This document shows, one piece after another, positions 1 to 10,132 of a DNA stretch of 64,000 bases (position 1 is the stretch's first letter; every line of letters begins with the position of its first letter). This stretch comes from Spirochaetia bacterium. Its GTDB lineage: Bacteria > Spirochaetota > Spirochaetia > SZUA-6 > Bin103. Both the position numbers and the translations under genes were made by a program. The notes under the pieces are model-generated. The model did not search any database, had not been told where the DNA came from, and saw only the letters and a program-made list of their open reading frames with translations. The stretch spans positions 224,001 to 288,000 of the forward strand of contig CBDBOV010000005.1 in NCBI GenBank assembly GCA_965208575.1. Reading direction: 5' to 3'.

Positions 1-10
1 GCCACTGGGT

Positions 11-883
11 ATGGCCAGCGGAATTGTCATATTGATAGTGCTGTTTGTGGCTGTATTCGCGGGTCAATTGGCCCCATACAAGTTTGCCGAGATGAACCTG
101 ATAGACAGGATGCAGGGCTCATCGTTCCGGCATCCGATGGGTACCGACCAGATGGGACGAGACGTTCTCAGCCGCGTCATATTCGGGGCACGTGTTTCGG
201 TACTGGTCGGTCTGGCAGTGACCACGCTCAGTGTATTGATCAGTACGCTGGTAGGCGGCATTTCAGGATTCGTTGGTGGTAGATTCGACATCATAGTGCA
301 GAGAGTTGTCGATGCCTGGATGTGTTTCCCGGGGCTGCTCCTGTTGTTGACCTTGATGTCCATAGTGGGGAAGGGTGTACCGCAGATAATACTGGTGCTC
401 GGCATAGCAGGGGGTATCGGCGGATCAAGAGTGATCCGAGGCGCCGTCATGAGCATTAAGGAGAATGTGTATTTTCAGACGGCGGAGGCTATTGGAAGCA
501 AAAAATGGCGATCATTGGTGCGCCATGTCTTGCCCAATATCATGCCTGCGGTAATCATATCATTCAGCACCAGCATAGGGGGCGTAATCATATCCTTGGC
601 TGCTCTGGGCTTCCTCGGATACGGTCTGCCTCCCACGCTTCCTGACTGGGGAGGTCTGCTCAGCAGGGAAGGACGGGTCTACATGGAGCAGGCGCCATGG
701 CTGGCTCTCTGGCCCGGTCTTTGTCTGACGGTAACCGTTTACAGTCTGAACATGTTCGGCGACGCGGCACGTGATCTGCTTGATCCGAGGCTGAAGGGCG
801 GCGCCGGGCAATCCGGTGCCTATGGCACGAAGTCGGTCAAGAAAGCCAGCAAGGAACTGGACGCCGGGATCACGCCGAGGTGA
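11..883 (+). CDS. Peptide/nickel ABC transporter permease (DppC/OppC family); true start may lie upstream of the window
   Basis: GTDQMGRDVLSRVIFGAR, HVLPN and GDAARDLLDPR motifs; hydrophobic helices; paralogous to 17420-18322. Confidence 0.9.
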   Translation: MASGIVILIVLFVAVFAGQLAPYKFAEMNLIDRMQGSSFRHPMGTDQMGRDVLSRVIFGARVSVLVGLAVTTLSVLISTLVGGISGFVGGRFDIIVQRVVDAWMCFPGLLLLLTLMSIVGKGVPQIILVLGIAGGIGGSRVIRGAVMSIKENVYFQTAEAIGSKKWRSLVRHVLPNIMPAVIISFSTSIGGVIISLAALGFLGYGLPPTLPDWGGLLSREGRVYMEQAPWLALWPGLCLTVTVYSLNMFGDAARDLLDPRLKGGAGQSGAYGTKSVKKASKELDAGITPR

Positions 884-1805
884 GCGCTTCCAGGGTTTGG
901 TGGAGGTCAGGCGGGAGCGGGCCGGCTTGTGCGGCTACCACGCTCTCCTCGATCTCCTCGGGTGTGGACGCGCCTACCAGGATGGTCGTAATCTCCCGAT
1001 TCGCCATCAGGTAGCGCACGCTCATCGCCGCAATCGAGACACCGCTGGCGCGGGCAAGCTCAAGCAGACGCGCATCCTTGAACAGAGCTCCGTTGAACAC
1101 GCCTTTGCCCGGCACACAGAATATTCCGCCAATCAAGTAGGCAGTTCCCTGTTCACGGACAACCGGAAGCATTGCGCGCGGAGAACGGCGGTCCACAAGC
1201 GAATACTCATTGGCGGACAGACACATGTCGAGCCTTACCCGCCGCAGCACATGGGCCAGTGGTTCCGACAGGTTGCTGCTGAGACCCAGGTAGCGGCACA
1301 ACCCCAGCGCCCGTGCCTCACGCATGGCTTGCACTACCGGCGCACTCTCGTAGTCGAGCCGCTCGCCGGTGTCCAGCGCCGTGTCCTCCGCATCCGGCTT
1401 CCACATTCTTGCCCGCTCCATGTCGTGGCCCAGGAGCACGTCGACCCGGTCACGACGCAGAACACGGAGGTTGTCCCGCACCTCCGCGAGACAGTCTTCC
1501 GCAGTGTGATTGTACGCCTGCCAGGCACCGATCTTGGTCGCCAGCAGATGCGGCTTGCTGGTCCCGTCGAGCCCCTCGCCCACAATGCGCTGCGACTCAC
1601 CCTGGCTGATCCACCGGCCATCGGGGCCGCCGATGCCGTACAAGGGAGAGGTATCGAAATAGCTGATCCCCAGATCGAGCGCATGTTTGACCGTGTCCAC
1701 CCCGTGCTGATAGCCGTGCTTGTGGAGAGCCGCGCCACCCAGCCCAATGACGCTCACCGTCTCGCCCGTACGCCCGAAGGGGCGCCGCTCCATTGTCCCG
1801 GTCAT
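870..1805 (-). CDS. Aldo/keto reductase
   Basis: RRPFGRTGETVSVIGLG, YFDTSPLYG, LATKIG, VGASTPEEIEE motifs. Confidence 0.9.
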   Translation of the reverse strand: MTGTMERRPFGRTGETVSVIGLGGAALHKHGYQHGVDTVKHALDLGISYFDTSPLYGIGGPDGRWISQGESQRIVGEGLDGTSKPHLLATKIGAWQAYNHTAEDCLAEVRDNLRVLRRDRVDVLLGHDMERARMWKPDAEDTALDTGERLDYESAPVVQAMREARALGLCRYLGLSSNLSEPLAHVLRRVRLDMCLSANEYSLVDRRSPRAMLPVVREQGTAYLIGGIFCVPGKGVFNGALFKDARLLELARASGVSIAAMSVRYLMANREITTILVGASTPEEIEESVVAAQAGPLPPDLHQTLEALTSA

Positions 1806-1945
1806 GCAAACTCCTCAGTGCGTTTCGGCCAGTCTACCACCCGATGGTGTTCGAGGTAACCGGTCAGCACCCGGATAGTGCCCACCCTTGCCTCCTTTAC
1901 GGTATTATCGATTGTCGGCCGCCAACGCGGCCAAGGAGCAATCGG

Positions 1946-3130
1946 ATGAACATGAGACGTTACGTTGCGGCCGTGATTGGGGCCGTTGCACTGGTCGGAG
2001 CGGCGTTGCCGCTGGCGGCCGATGAGCACGAGATCGTGTGGGGAGCATCGATACCGCTGACCGGCATCTACGCCCAGGCGGGGGCGCTCGCGACGCTCGG
2101 CATCGAAGCCTACCTCGGCTACCTGAATGCCGCCGGCGGCATCAACGGCCGTCCGGTGCGGCTGGCGAGCCATGACTCGGGCTCGACGCCTGAGCAGTCG
2201 CTGGCCGTGTTCAAGCGGATCATGGCCGAGGAAGAAGACGTGGTGGTCTACTACGGCGACTCCACCGACTTTGCGCTGCTGTCCGCGCCGGAGGTCAACG
2301 AGCGTTACAAGGTGCTGATGGCCGGCGCATCGTTTGCCACCGCGCTCGCCGATCCGGACAAGTTTCCCTACCAGTTCCTCGCCGGCCCCACCTACGCCGA
2401 GATGGTGGGCATGCTGCTCGAGTACATCGCCGAGCAGGGCGGCAAGGATGGGGCGGCGCCGCGCGTGGCGCTGTTCCACACCAACCTGGAGGGCGGCCGC
2501 GACCCGATCCCGTACGCCAGGGAGCGCGCCGCGCAACTCGGCATCGAGATCGTCGTCGAGATAGAGACCGAGCCGGCCGGCATCGACGTGGCCCCCGAGG
2601 TGCTCAAGCTGCGCCGAGCGCAGCCCGACTACGTGATCTTCCAGGGCTATGTAGCAACGGTGTGGCCGGAGGTGATGGTGCAGGCGGCGCAGACCGGCGT
2701 CGATGCCACGTTCATGGGCACGTTCTGGGCCATGGAGCCGCTGATCATCCGGCAGCTCGGCCCGCTCGCCGACCGCTACATGGGCGTGTTTCCCTACCGC
2801 TACTACTGGGAGCAGGAGGAGTCCGCGACCCTGCGGCATATTGCCCAGGTGACACAGGCGGAATACGTGCCGACCTATGCGCTGCAGGCGTGGTTCTCCG
2901 GCATGATCCTGACCGAGGTGATCGGGCGCACCATGGACGCGGGGCTGGAGCTGACCGGCGACAACCTGAAGGCCACCCTGGACGGGATCGAGGACTGGGA
3001 CACCGGCGGCTTGATCGGCGTGCCGGTGACCTTCCGGAACAACTCCATCCCGGTGGGGCGCATCTACCGCGGGAATTCCGCCACCGGGCGCATGGATCCG
3101 GTGTCCGACTGGATTGTCCTCGACGACTGA
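1946..3130 (+). CDS. Branched-chain amino acid ABC substrate-binding protein (LivJ-like, periplasmic binding type I)
   Basis: Signal peptide, GASIPLTGIYA and NAAGGINGRPV motifs; AAGGAG upstream of ATG 1946. Confidence 0.85.
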   Translation: MNMRRYVAAVIGAVALVGAALPLAADEHEIVWGASIPLTGIYAQAGALATLGIEAYLGYLNAAGGINGRPVRLASHDSGSTPEQSLAVFKRIMAEEEDVVVYYGDSTDFALLSAPEVNERYKVLMAGASFATALADPDKFPYQFLAGPTYAEMVGMLLEYIAEQGGKDGAAPRVALFHTNLEGGRDPIPYARERAAQLGIEIVVEIETEPAGIDVAPEVLKLRRAQPDYVIFQGYVATVWPEVMVQAAQTGVDATFMGTFWAMEPLIIRQLGPLADRYMGVFPYRYYWEQEESATLRHIAQVTQAEYVPTYALQAWFSGMILTEVIGRTMDAGLELTGDNLKATLDGIEDWDTGGLIGVPVTFRNNSIPVGRIYRGNSATGRMDPVSDWIVLDD

Positions 3131-3166
3131 AGTCGTTTCGACGACTGAAGTCGTTTCGACGATTGA
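3120..3166. repeat. 18-bp tandem repeat (about 2.5 copies) containing the palindrome ACGAC-TGAA-GTCGT, REP-like
   Basis: TCGACGACTGAAGTCGTT twice, then TCGACGATTGA; overlaps the upstream stop codon. Confidence 0.8.
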
Positions 3167-3227
3167 CGGGAGGCGGGCTCGCGTGGGACGATTCGCCCCA
3201 TCCAACACGCATCGAAAGGAGCGGGAT

Positions 3228-5213
3228 ATGACAAGGAAAGCCTTTCTGGGCTTGATTGCGGCGCTGCTGCTGCCGGCGGCGGCGTTCGCGGGCGGCGAAT
3301 CGGAGCAGGCCGCCTCGAATGAGGGCGCCATGGCCGCGGAGGCGCCCGCCGGGCAGTACCGGGAGTCGCCGATGCTGGCACAGATGGTGGCCAACGGAGA
3401 GTTGCCGCCGGTCGACGAGCGGCTGCCGGTGCGGCCGCTGGTGCTGGAACCGCTGGAGAAGGCGGGCGAGACCCTGGGGCGCTACGGCGGCACCCTGACC
3501 GTGACCGGACTCGATCCGAACGGCGACTCGTTCGGCGCCGAGTGGGGCGACGGCGGCGGCTTCCGCAGCGAGGGGCTGGCGTTCTTCGACATCGCCTTCC
3601 GCAACTTCACCCCCGACGTGGCCGAGTCGTGGGAGGTGTCCGACGACTACACCACCATGACCGTGCACCTGCGCGAGGGCGTGCGCTGGTCGGACGGCGA
3701 GCTGGTCACCACCGAGGACGTCGAGTTCTGGTGGAACGACGTGATGCTCAACGAGTCGCTGACCGCCAAGATTCCCAACTACTTCGCGCCCGGCGGCAAC
3801 GTCATGAAGGTCAACATCATCGATGACTACACCTTCAGCTTCGAATACGCCGAGCCCTACCTGGCGATCGCCGACCAGATGGACCGGCTGGCGCCGTGGA
3901 GCCCCCGCCACTACATGGAGCGCTGGCACGCCGACTACAATGAGGATGCGGCCGCGGAGGCGAAGGCGGAGGGCTTCGGCGAGTGGTTCGAGGCGTTCCT
4001 GGCCCGGCAGGACGACCGCTGGGGCACGGTGTACGCCGGCGAGCGGCCGATGCTGGGACCGTTCGCGCCCGCCGAGGCGGACTCGCAGGGCAACCGCCTG
4101 TCGCCGCGCAACCCCTACTACTGGAAGGTGGACCCCATCGGCCAGCAGCTTCCCTACGTCGACTACTACGAGGTGATCCTGCTCGGCAGCCGCGAGATCC
4201 TGGAGGCGAAGGCGATCTCCGGCGAGTACAACATGGGCGGCGCCTGGGCCGACCTGGCGAGCTTCCCACTGCTGGTCGAGAACGCCGACAAGGCCGGCTA
4301 CACGGTGCGCATGTTCCCCGGCCTGTTGTGGGGCGGCAGCGTGAGCTGGGCCTACAACTACACCAGCAAGGACCCGGTGCTGCGCGAGATCTTTGGCGAT
4401 CTGCGCTTCCGGCGCGCCATGTCGCACGCCATCAACCGGGTGGAGTTCGGCGAGGTGTTCAACCTGGGCCTGACCGAGCCGCGGCAGGCGGCGCCGCCGG
4501 CCGATTGGAGCTTCTACGACGAGTCGTTCGGACGCAAGTACCTGGAGTACGACGTCGACCTGGCCAACGAGCTGCTCGACGAGATGGGCCTGGAGTGGAA
4601 CGCCGACCGCACCCACCGGCTGCGCCCCGACGGCGCACCGCTGATCCTGCAGACCGAGATCGGCCAGGAGGGGCACCGCCCCGGCGAGTGGGAGTTCATC
4701 GTGCGCTACTGGTCCAAGGTGGGCGTGGAGGTGAAGTTCAAGCAGGTCGACCAGGCGCTGTACGCGCAGCGCCTGTTGGCCAACGAACTCGACATCGGCA
4801 CCTGGGGCGCCGGCGGTCCGCCGGAGTCGGTGAGCCACGCCATCTACCCGATCCGGCTGGTGCCGCCGTGGCACTGGCGCACCTGCTGCGCGCTCGGCGG
4901 CATGGCCTGGCATGACTGGTGGGAGAGCGGCGGCGAACTGGGCGAGGAGCCGCCGGAGCAGATCCAGGAGCTGTTCGGGCTTCTCGACGACTGGCGCGCC
5001 ACCGCGCTCGGCACCGAGGAGTACGTCGAGCTCGGCAAGCAGATGGTGCGCATCAACGACGAGAACATCTGGTACAACGTGGTCACCGGCTCGCCGCCGA
5101 GCATCAGCCACGCGGTGGTGGTGAGCGCCGTCGACAACAGCGTCATGAACATCCGCGATCCCGACTCCGACACGGGCTGGTGGATCATCGAGATGCTGTG
5201 GATTGACCAGTAA
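3228..5213 (+). CDS. ABC substrate-binding protein family 5 (oligosaccharide/peptide type)
   Basis: Signal peptide then ESPMLAQMVANGELPPVDERLP, LREGVRWSDG, RNPYYWKVD, FRRAMSHAINR; SD AAGGAG. Confidence 0.92.
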   Translation: MTRKAFLGLIAALLLPAAAFAGGESEQAASNEGAMAAEAPAGQYRESPMLAQMVANGELPPVDERLPVRPLVLEPLEKAGETLGRYGGTLTVTGLDPNGDSFGAEWGDGGGFRSEGLAFFDIAFRNFTPDVAESWEVSDDYTTMTVHLREGVRWSDGELVTTEDVEFWWNDVMLNESLTAKIPNYFAPGGNVMKVNIIDDYTFSFEYAEPYLAIADQMDRLAPWSPRHYMERWHADYNEDAAAEAKAEGFGEWFEAFLARQDDRWGTVYAGERPMLGPFAPAEADSQGNRLSPRNPYYWKVDPIGQQLPYVDYYEVILLGSREILEAKAISGEYNMGGAWADLASFPLLVENADKAGYTVRMFPGLLWGGSVSWAYNYTSKDPVLREIFGDLRFRRAMSHAINRVEFGEVFNLGLTEPRQAAPPADWSFYDESFGRKYLEYDVDLANELLDEMGLEWNADRTHRLRPDGAPLILQTEIGQEGHRPGEWEFIVRYWSKVGVEVKFKQVDQALYAQRLLANELDIGTWGAGGPPESVSHAIYPIRLVPPWHWRTCCALGGMAWHDWWESGGELGEEPPEQIQELFGLLDDWRATALGTEEYVELGKQMVRINDENIWYNVVTGSPPSISHAVVVSAVDNSVMNIRDPDSDTGWWIIEMLWIDQ

Positions 5214-5224
5214 TCCGGCATGAC

Positions 5225-5268
5225 GGCGAGGGAGGGGCCGAACGCGGTACGCGCCCCCTCCCCTCGCC
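5225..5268 (+). other. GC-rich intergenic hairpin, probably stabilising the binding-protein mRNA or attenuating read-through
   Basis: GGCGAGGGAGGGG ... CCCCCTCCCCTCGCC inverted repeat between the binding-protein and ATPase genes; no U-tract. Confidence 0.5.
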
Positions 5269-5278
5269 CACGGCCAGC

Positions 5279-6322
5279 ATGAACCCGCCGGCAGCCGAGG
5301 TGCTGCTCCAAGTCAGGGCCCTGCGCACGCAATTCAAGTTGCGCCAGGGCATCGTGCGGTCTGTCGACGGTGTCGATCTGACCATCTACCGCGGCAAGAC
5401 GCTCGGCGTGGTGGGCGAGAGCGGCTGCGGAAAGAGCGTGACCGCGCAATCGATCTTGCGCATCGTGCCGGTCCCCGGCGAGATCGTCGGCGGGCAGATC
5501 CTGCTGCACGGCAAGCAGGGCGGCGAGCCGGTGGACCTGGCGAGCCTGCCGCCCAAGGGGCAGCGCATCCGCGAGGTGCGCGGCGGCGAGATCGGCATGA
5601 TCTTCCAGGAGCCGATGGCGTCGTTGAGCCCGGTGCACACGGTCGGCAACCAGATCATCGAGATGGCGCTGCTGCACGGCGAGGGCGGCCAGGCGGAGGC
5701 GCGCGCGGCGGTGCTCGACATGCTCGGCCGGGTCGGATTTTCGGAGCCGGAGCGCACCTTCGACTCCTACCCGCACGAGCTGAGCGGCGGCATGCGGCAG
5801 CGCGCGGTGATCGCGATGGCGCTGGTCGGGCGCCCGAGCCTGTTGATCGCCGACGAGCCCACCACCGCCCTGGACGTGACCACCGAGGCGCAGATCCTGC
5901 GCCTGCTGAAACGGCTGCAGGCGGACCTGGGCATGGCGATCATGTTCATTACCCACGACCTGGGCGTGATCGCCAAGATGGCCGACCACGCCGCGGTGAT
6001 GTACCTGGGCAAGGTGGTGGAGCACTCCGACGTGGACGCCCTGTTCCACGACCCGAAACACCCCTACCTGCGCGCCCTGCTGTCCTCGGTGCCGCGCTTC
6101 GGCGGCAGCGTGCAGGAGCGGCTGGCCTCGATCGAGGGCATCGTGCCCGATCCGTTCCGCCTGCCGGGCGGCTGCCCGTTCCACCCGCGCTGCCCGGAGT
6201 CGATCGCGACACGCTGCGAGGAGGAGGTGCCGGTCTACCGCGCCCTGCCGGAAGCGGCGCACCGCGGCGTGTCGTGCCACCTGCACGCGCCACGGGGCGA
6301 ACCGGCGGCGGTGGCGCCATGA
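5279..6322 (+). CDS. Oligopeptide ABC ATP-binding protein (OppD/DppD family)
   Basis: Walker A GESGCGKS, signature LSGGMRQR, LIADEPTTALD, C-terminal GCPFHPRC. Confidence 0.95.
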   Translation: MNPPAAEVLLQVRALRTQFKLRQGIVRSVDGVDLTIYRGKTLGVVGESGCGKSVTAQSILRIVPVPGEIVGGQILLHGKQGGEPVDLASLPPKGQRIREVRGGEIGMIFQEPMASLSPVHTVGNQIIEMALLHGEGGQAEARAAVLDMLGRVGFSEPERTFDSYPHELSGGMRQRAVIAMALVGRPSLLIADEPTTALDVTTEAQILRLLKRLQADLGMAIMFITHDLGVIAKMADHAAVMYLGKVVEHSDVDALFHDPKHPYLRALLSSVPRFGGSVQERLASIEGIVPDPFRLPGGCPFHPRCPESIATRCEEEVPVYRALPEAAHRGVSCHLHAPRGEPAAVAP

Positions 6323-7341
6323 ACGGCCCTCCCGAGCCGGACGCGGTGCTGCTCAAGGTCAGCGGCCTGCGCAAGCACTTCCCGATTCACAAGGGGCTGT
6401 TCGGGCGCACCCTCGGACAGGTGAAGGCGGTCGACGGCGTCGACTTCACCATCAACAAGGGCGAGACGCTGGGCCTGGTGGGCGAAAGCGGCTGCGGCAA
6501 GTCGACCACCGGACGCTGCCTGCTGCGCGGCCACGACCTGACCGCCGGCGAGATCTGGTTCAATGACCAGGAACTGGGCTGGGTGGACGTGTTCGGCCTC
6601 GACCGCAGCGATCTCAAGGTGTTCCGCCGCCACGCGCAGATGATCATGCAGGATCCGTTCCACTCCCTGAACCCGCGCATGACGCTGCTCGACATCGTCG
6701 GCGAGGGGCTGACCATCGCCGGCGTCAGGGGACAGGAGCGGATCGACCGGGTGGCCGCCACCCTGGAGGTGGTGGGCTTGCGCCGCGAGTACATGAGCCG
6801 CTACCCGCACGCGTTCTCGGGCGGCCAGCGGCAGCGCATCGGCATTGCCCGCGCGCTGGCGCTGAATCCGCAGTTCGTGGTGTGCGACGAGCCGGTGTCG
6901 GCGCTCGACGTGTCGATTCAGGCACAGATCCTCAACCTGCTGCAGGATCTGCAGGACCAGTTCGACCTGACCTACCTGTTCGTGGCCCACCAGCTCAACG
7001 TGGTGCAGCACATCTGCGACCGGGTGGCGGTGATGTACGTGGGCCGGGTGGTGGAGGTGGCCGACACCCAGACCCTGTTCCAGGGCCCGCGCCACCCCTA
7101 CACCGAAGCGCTGCTGTCGGCGGTGCCGCGGCCCGACCCGCGCCACCAGCACGAGGAGATCGTGCTGTCCGGCGAGGTGGCCAACCCGGCCGACCCGCCC
7201 GACGGCTGCTACTTTCATCCGCGCTGCAACTACGTGGTCGAAGAGTGCTCGCAGCGCCCGCCGCAACTGGCCGCCGCAGCCGATGAGCACTTCGTGCGCT
7301 GCCATCGCGCCGCGGAGCTGTCCCTGGCGGGCGTGGGTTGA
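6319..7341 (+). CDS. Oligopeptide ABC ATP-binding protein (OppF/DppF family)
   Basis: GESGCGKST, FSGGQRQR, CDEPVSALD; ATGA overlap with the upstream gene. Confidence 0.95.
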   Translation: MNGPPEPDAVLLKVSGLRKHFPIHKGLFGRTLGQVKAVDGVDFTINKGETLGLVGESGCGKSTTGRCLLRGHDLTAGEIWFNDQELGWVDVFGLDRSDLKVFRRHAQMIMQDPFHSLNPRMTLLDIVGEGLTIAGVRGQERIDRVAATLEVVGLRREYMSRYPHAFSGGQRQRIGIARALALNPQFVVCDEPVSALDVSIQAQILNLLQDLQDQFDLTYLFVAHQLNVVQHICDRVAVMYVGRVVEVADTQTLFQGPRHPYTEALLSAVPRPDPRHQHEEIVLSGEVANPADPPDGCYFHPRCNYVVEECSQRPPQLAAAADEHFVRCHRAAELSLAGVG

Positions 7342-7357
7342 TGGGAGGCGGCCGGTA

Positions 7358-8347
7358 GTGGGGGCATACGTCATTCGCAGGTTGCTGCTGTTCATTCCGA
7401 TGCTGGCGGCGGTCAGCGTGATCTCGTTCATCCTGATCCAGCTTCCGCCGGGCGACTACCTGACCAGCGAGATCATGGCGATGGCGGAGCGCGGCGAGGA
7501 GGTGGACGAGGCGGTGATCGCGGCGCTGAAGCTGCGCTACGGCCTGGACCGCCCGATGGTGGAGCAGTACTTCCGCTGGATCGGCAACATCATCCTGTAT
7601 GGCGACTTCGGGCGTTCGTTCCATTGGGAACAGCCGGTGTCGTCGCTGATCTGGGAGCGGCTGATGTGGACGGTGGTGATCTCGTTCGGCAGCCTGCTGT
7701 TCACCTGGGTGGTGGCGTTCCCGATCGGCATCTACTCGGCCACCAACCAGTACTCGATCGCCGACTACCTGTTCACGTTCTTTGGATTCCTCGGCAAGGC
7801 GACGCCCAACTTCCTCTTGGCGCTGGTGCTGATGTGGATGGGCTACGTCTATTTCGACCTCAACATGGGCGGCCTGTTCTCGGCCGAGTACCAGCGCGCG
7901 CCGTGGAGCCTGGCCAAGGTGGGCGACCTGATCGGGCACCTGTGGGTGCCGCTGGTGGTGCTGGGCACGGCCGGAACCGCCGACCTGATCCGCGTGCTGC
8001 GCGCCAACCTGCTCGACGAACTGGCCAAGCCGTACGTCACCGCGGCGCGCGCCAAGGGACTGACCGAGTTGAAGCTGATCGCCAAGTACCCGGTGCGCAT
8101 CGCCATCAACCCGTTCGTGAGCAGCATCGGCGGGGTGCTGCCGGAGCTGATCTCGGGCGCCGCCATCGTGTCGGTGGTGCTGAGCCTGCCCACCACCGGG
8201 CCGCTGATGCTCGGCGCGCTGCTGACCCAGGACATGTTTCTGGCCGGCAGCTTCCTGATGCTGCTCACCGTCCTGTCGCTGTTCGGCACCCTGCTGTCCG
8301 ATATCCTGCTGGCCGTGCTGGATCCGCGCATCCGGCAGACGGTATAG
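7358..8347 (+). CDS. ABC permease (OppB/DppB family)
   Basis: YVIRRLL start, YGLDRPMVEQY, YVTAARAKGL, LDPRIR. Confidence 0.92.
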   Translation: MGAYVIRRLLLFIPMLAAVSVISFILIQLPPGDYLTSEIMAMAERGEEVDEAVIAALKLRYGLDRPMVEQYFRWIGNIILYGDFGRSFHWEQPVSSLIWERLMWTVVISFGSLLFTWVVAFPIGIYSATNQYSIADYLFTFFGFLGKATPNFLLALVLMWMGYVYFDLNMGGLFSAEYQRAPWSLAKVGDLIGHLWVPLVVLGTAGTADLIRVLRANLLDELAKPYVTAARAKGLTELKLIAKYPVRIAINPFVSSIGGVLPELISGAAIVSVVLSLPTTGPLMLGALLTQDMFLAGSFLMLLTVLSLFGTLLSDILLAVLDPRIRQTV

Positions 8348-8367
8348 GCGGGCGAGGAGCGGCGCGC

Positions 8368-9528
8368 ATGGCTTCCCCCGAAGTCGGCCAGGCCGGCCAC
8401 GGCGCTCAGGACGCGCGCGGCGGCGAGCAGGCGCCGGCGCACAGCGCGGAGACCGCCTCGCAGTGGCAGTTGATGCGCTGGCGGTTCGGCCAGCACAAGG
8501 CGGCGGTGGTCAGCCTGGTGGTGCTGGCGATCCTCTACCTGATCGCCATCGTGGTGGAGTTCGTCGCCCCCTACGCCACCGACACCTACAACATCAAGTA
8601 CATCATGGCGCCGCCGATGCGGGTGCGCTTCTTCGATGCCGACGGCGGCTTCCACCTGCGCCCGTTCGTGTACGACTACACCACCTCGCGCGACCCCGAG
8701 AGCCTGCGCATCGTGCAGGTGGTGGACACCGAGGCGATGCACCCGATCCGCTTCTTCGTGCGCGGCGACGACTACCGCTTCTGGGGGCTGTGGCGCGGCA
8801 ACCTGCACCTGTTCGGCATCGACGAACCGGAGGCGCTGATCCTGCTGTGGGGCGGCGACGAACAGGGCCGCGACCTGTTCTCGCGCACGGTCTACGGGGC
8901 GCGGCTGTCGCTGTCGATCGGCTTCGTGGGGGTGATCCTGAGCCTGGTGCTCGGCATCCTGCTCGGCGGCATCTCCGGCTACTTCGGCGGCACCATCGAC
9001 ATGGTGATCCAGCGCATCATCGAGCTGCTGCAGGCGATTCCGCGCATCCCGCTGTGGCTCACCCTGTCGGCCGCGCTGCCGCGCGACTGGGGCACCGTCG
9101 AGGTGTACTTCGGCATCACCATCATCTTGTCGGTGCTCGGCTGGACCGGGCTGGCGCGCACCGTGCGCGGCAAGTTCCTGGCGCTGCGCGAGGAGGACTT
9201 CACCCAAGCCGCCAAGTACCTGGGCGCCAGCGAGATGCGCATCATCATCCGGCACATGGTGCCTTCTTTCAGCAGCCACCTGATCGCCGTGCTTACCCTG
9301 CGCGTGCCGGAGATGATCCTGGCCGAGACCAGCCTCAGCTTCCTGGGCCTGGGGCTGCGCGAACCGGTGATTAGCTGGGGCGTGCTGCTGACCGGGGTGC
9401 AGAACATCCGCGCCGTGGCGCTGGCCCCGTGGCTGTTCCTGCCCGGGCTGGCGATCGTGGTAACCGTGCTGGCCTTCAACTTCGTCGGCGACGGCCTCCG
9501 CGACGCCGCCGACCCGTATTCCCAGTAG
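8368..9528 (+). CDS. ABC permease (OppC/DppC family)
   Basis: SQWQLMRWRF, GRDLFSR, ETSLSFLGLG, GDGLRDAADPY; GAGGAG SD. Confidence 0.92.
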   Translation: MASPEVGQAGHGAQDARGGEQAPAHSAETASQWQLMRWRFGQHKAAVVSLVVLAILYLIAIVVEFVAPYATDTYNIKYIMAPPMRVRFFDADGGFHLRPFVYDYTTSRDPESLRIVQVVDTEAMHPIRFFVRGDDYRFWGLWRGNLHLFGIDEPEALILLWGGDEQGRDLFSRTVYGARLSLSIGFVGVILSLVLGILLGGISGYFGGTIDMVIQRIIELLQAIPRIPLWLTLSAALPRDWGTVEVYFGITIILSVLGWTGLARTVRGKFLALREEDFTQAAKYLGASEMRIIIRHMVPSFSSHLIAVLTLRVPEMILAETSLSFLGLGLREPVISWGVLLTGVQNIRAVALAPWLFLPGLAIVVTVLAFNFVGDGLRDAADPYSQ

Positions 9529-9571
9529 CCCGCCTTGTCGTCCAACTGCGTCAGGCATAGTATGGCACTCG

Positions 9572-9808
9572 ATGATGAAGGCCACGGAGACGGTTCTCGC
9601 GGATGCGCTCCGTCTGGATCTGCAGGGACGGTCCGAGCTTGTGTGGGAGCTTCTCGCAAGTCTCGACGGCCCGGCTGACCCGGATGCTGCTCTCGCGTGG
9701 ACCACGGAGATCAAACGGCGGGTCGCAGATCTTGAGTCAGGCTCCGCCGAGCTTGAGTCTTGGGATGACACCAGGCACAGGATCGCGCGCGATGTCCTTG
9801 GCCGGTGA
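9572..9808 (+). CDS. Putative addiction-module antitoxin (TIGR02574-like)
   Basis: 78 aa with the pattern ELLASLD...AWTTEIKRR...W; overlaps the downstream toxin. Confidence 0.8.
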   Translation: MMKATETVLADALRLDLQGRSELVWELLASLDGPADPDAALAWTTEIKRRVADLESGSAELESWDDTRHRIARDVLGR

Positions 9809-10104
9809 ACCGCCGCGTTCGGAACCATCCGGCCGCGAGTGAGGAGTTCTCGGCGGCGGTGTACTGGTACGAGCAGCGCCATTCCGGTCTCGGCGCCAAG
9901 TTCTTCGACCACGTAACGGCCGCGACCTCTCTCATCCAAACCCAGCCGCACATTGGGACATTCGATCCCGAGACCCGTACCCGGCGCGTTCCGGTCCGGC
10001 GATTTCCCTATCAGGTCGTGTACCACGTCTCCGACGAGGAGATCGCTATCGTTGCGGTCGCTCATACGAAGCGTCGACCAGGCTATTGGAAGGACCGAAC
10101 GTAG
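9805..10104 (+). CDS. RelE/ParE family toxin
   Basis: HPAASEEF..AVYWYE, GLGAKF, RRFPYQVVY, IVAVAHTKRRPGYW. Confidence 0.88.
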   Translation: MNRRVRNHPAASEEFSAAVYWYEQRHSGLGAKFFDHVTAATSLIQTQPHIGTFDPETRTRRVPVRRFPYQVVYHVSDEEIAIVAVAHTKRRPGYWKDRT

Positions 10105-10132
10105 GCGGCACAGTGCAGGACGAGTTGTGCGC

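Noticed and set aside
1802-5111. Long antisense ORFs (530 aa, 788 aa) and many similar shadow ORFs throughout the window
   Set aside because: Expected opposite genuine genes in high-GC DNA; no recognisable motifs and Arg/Pro/Gly-rich translations.
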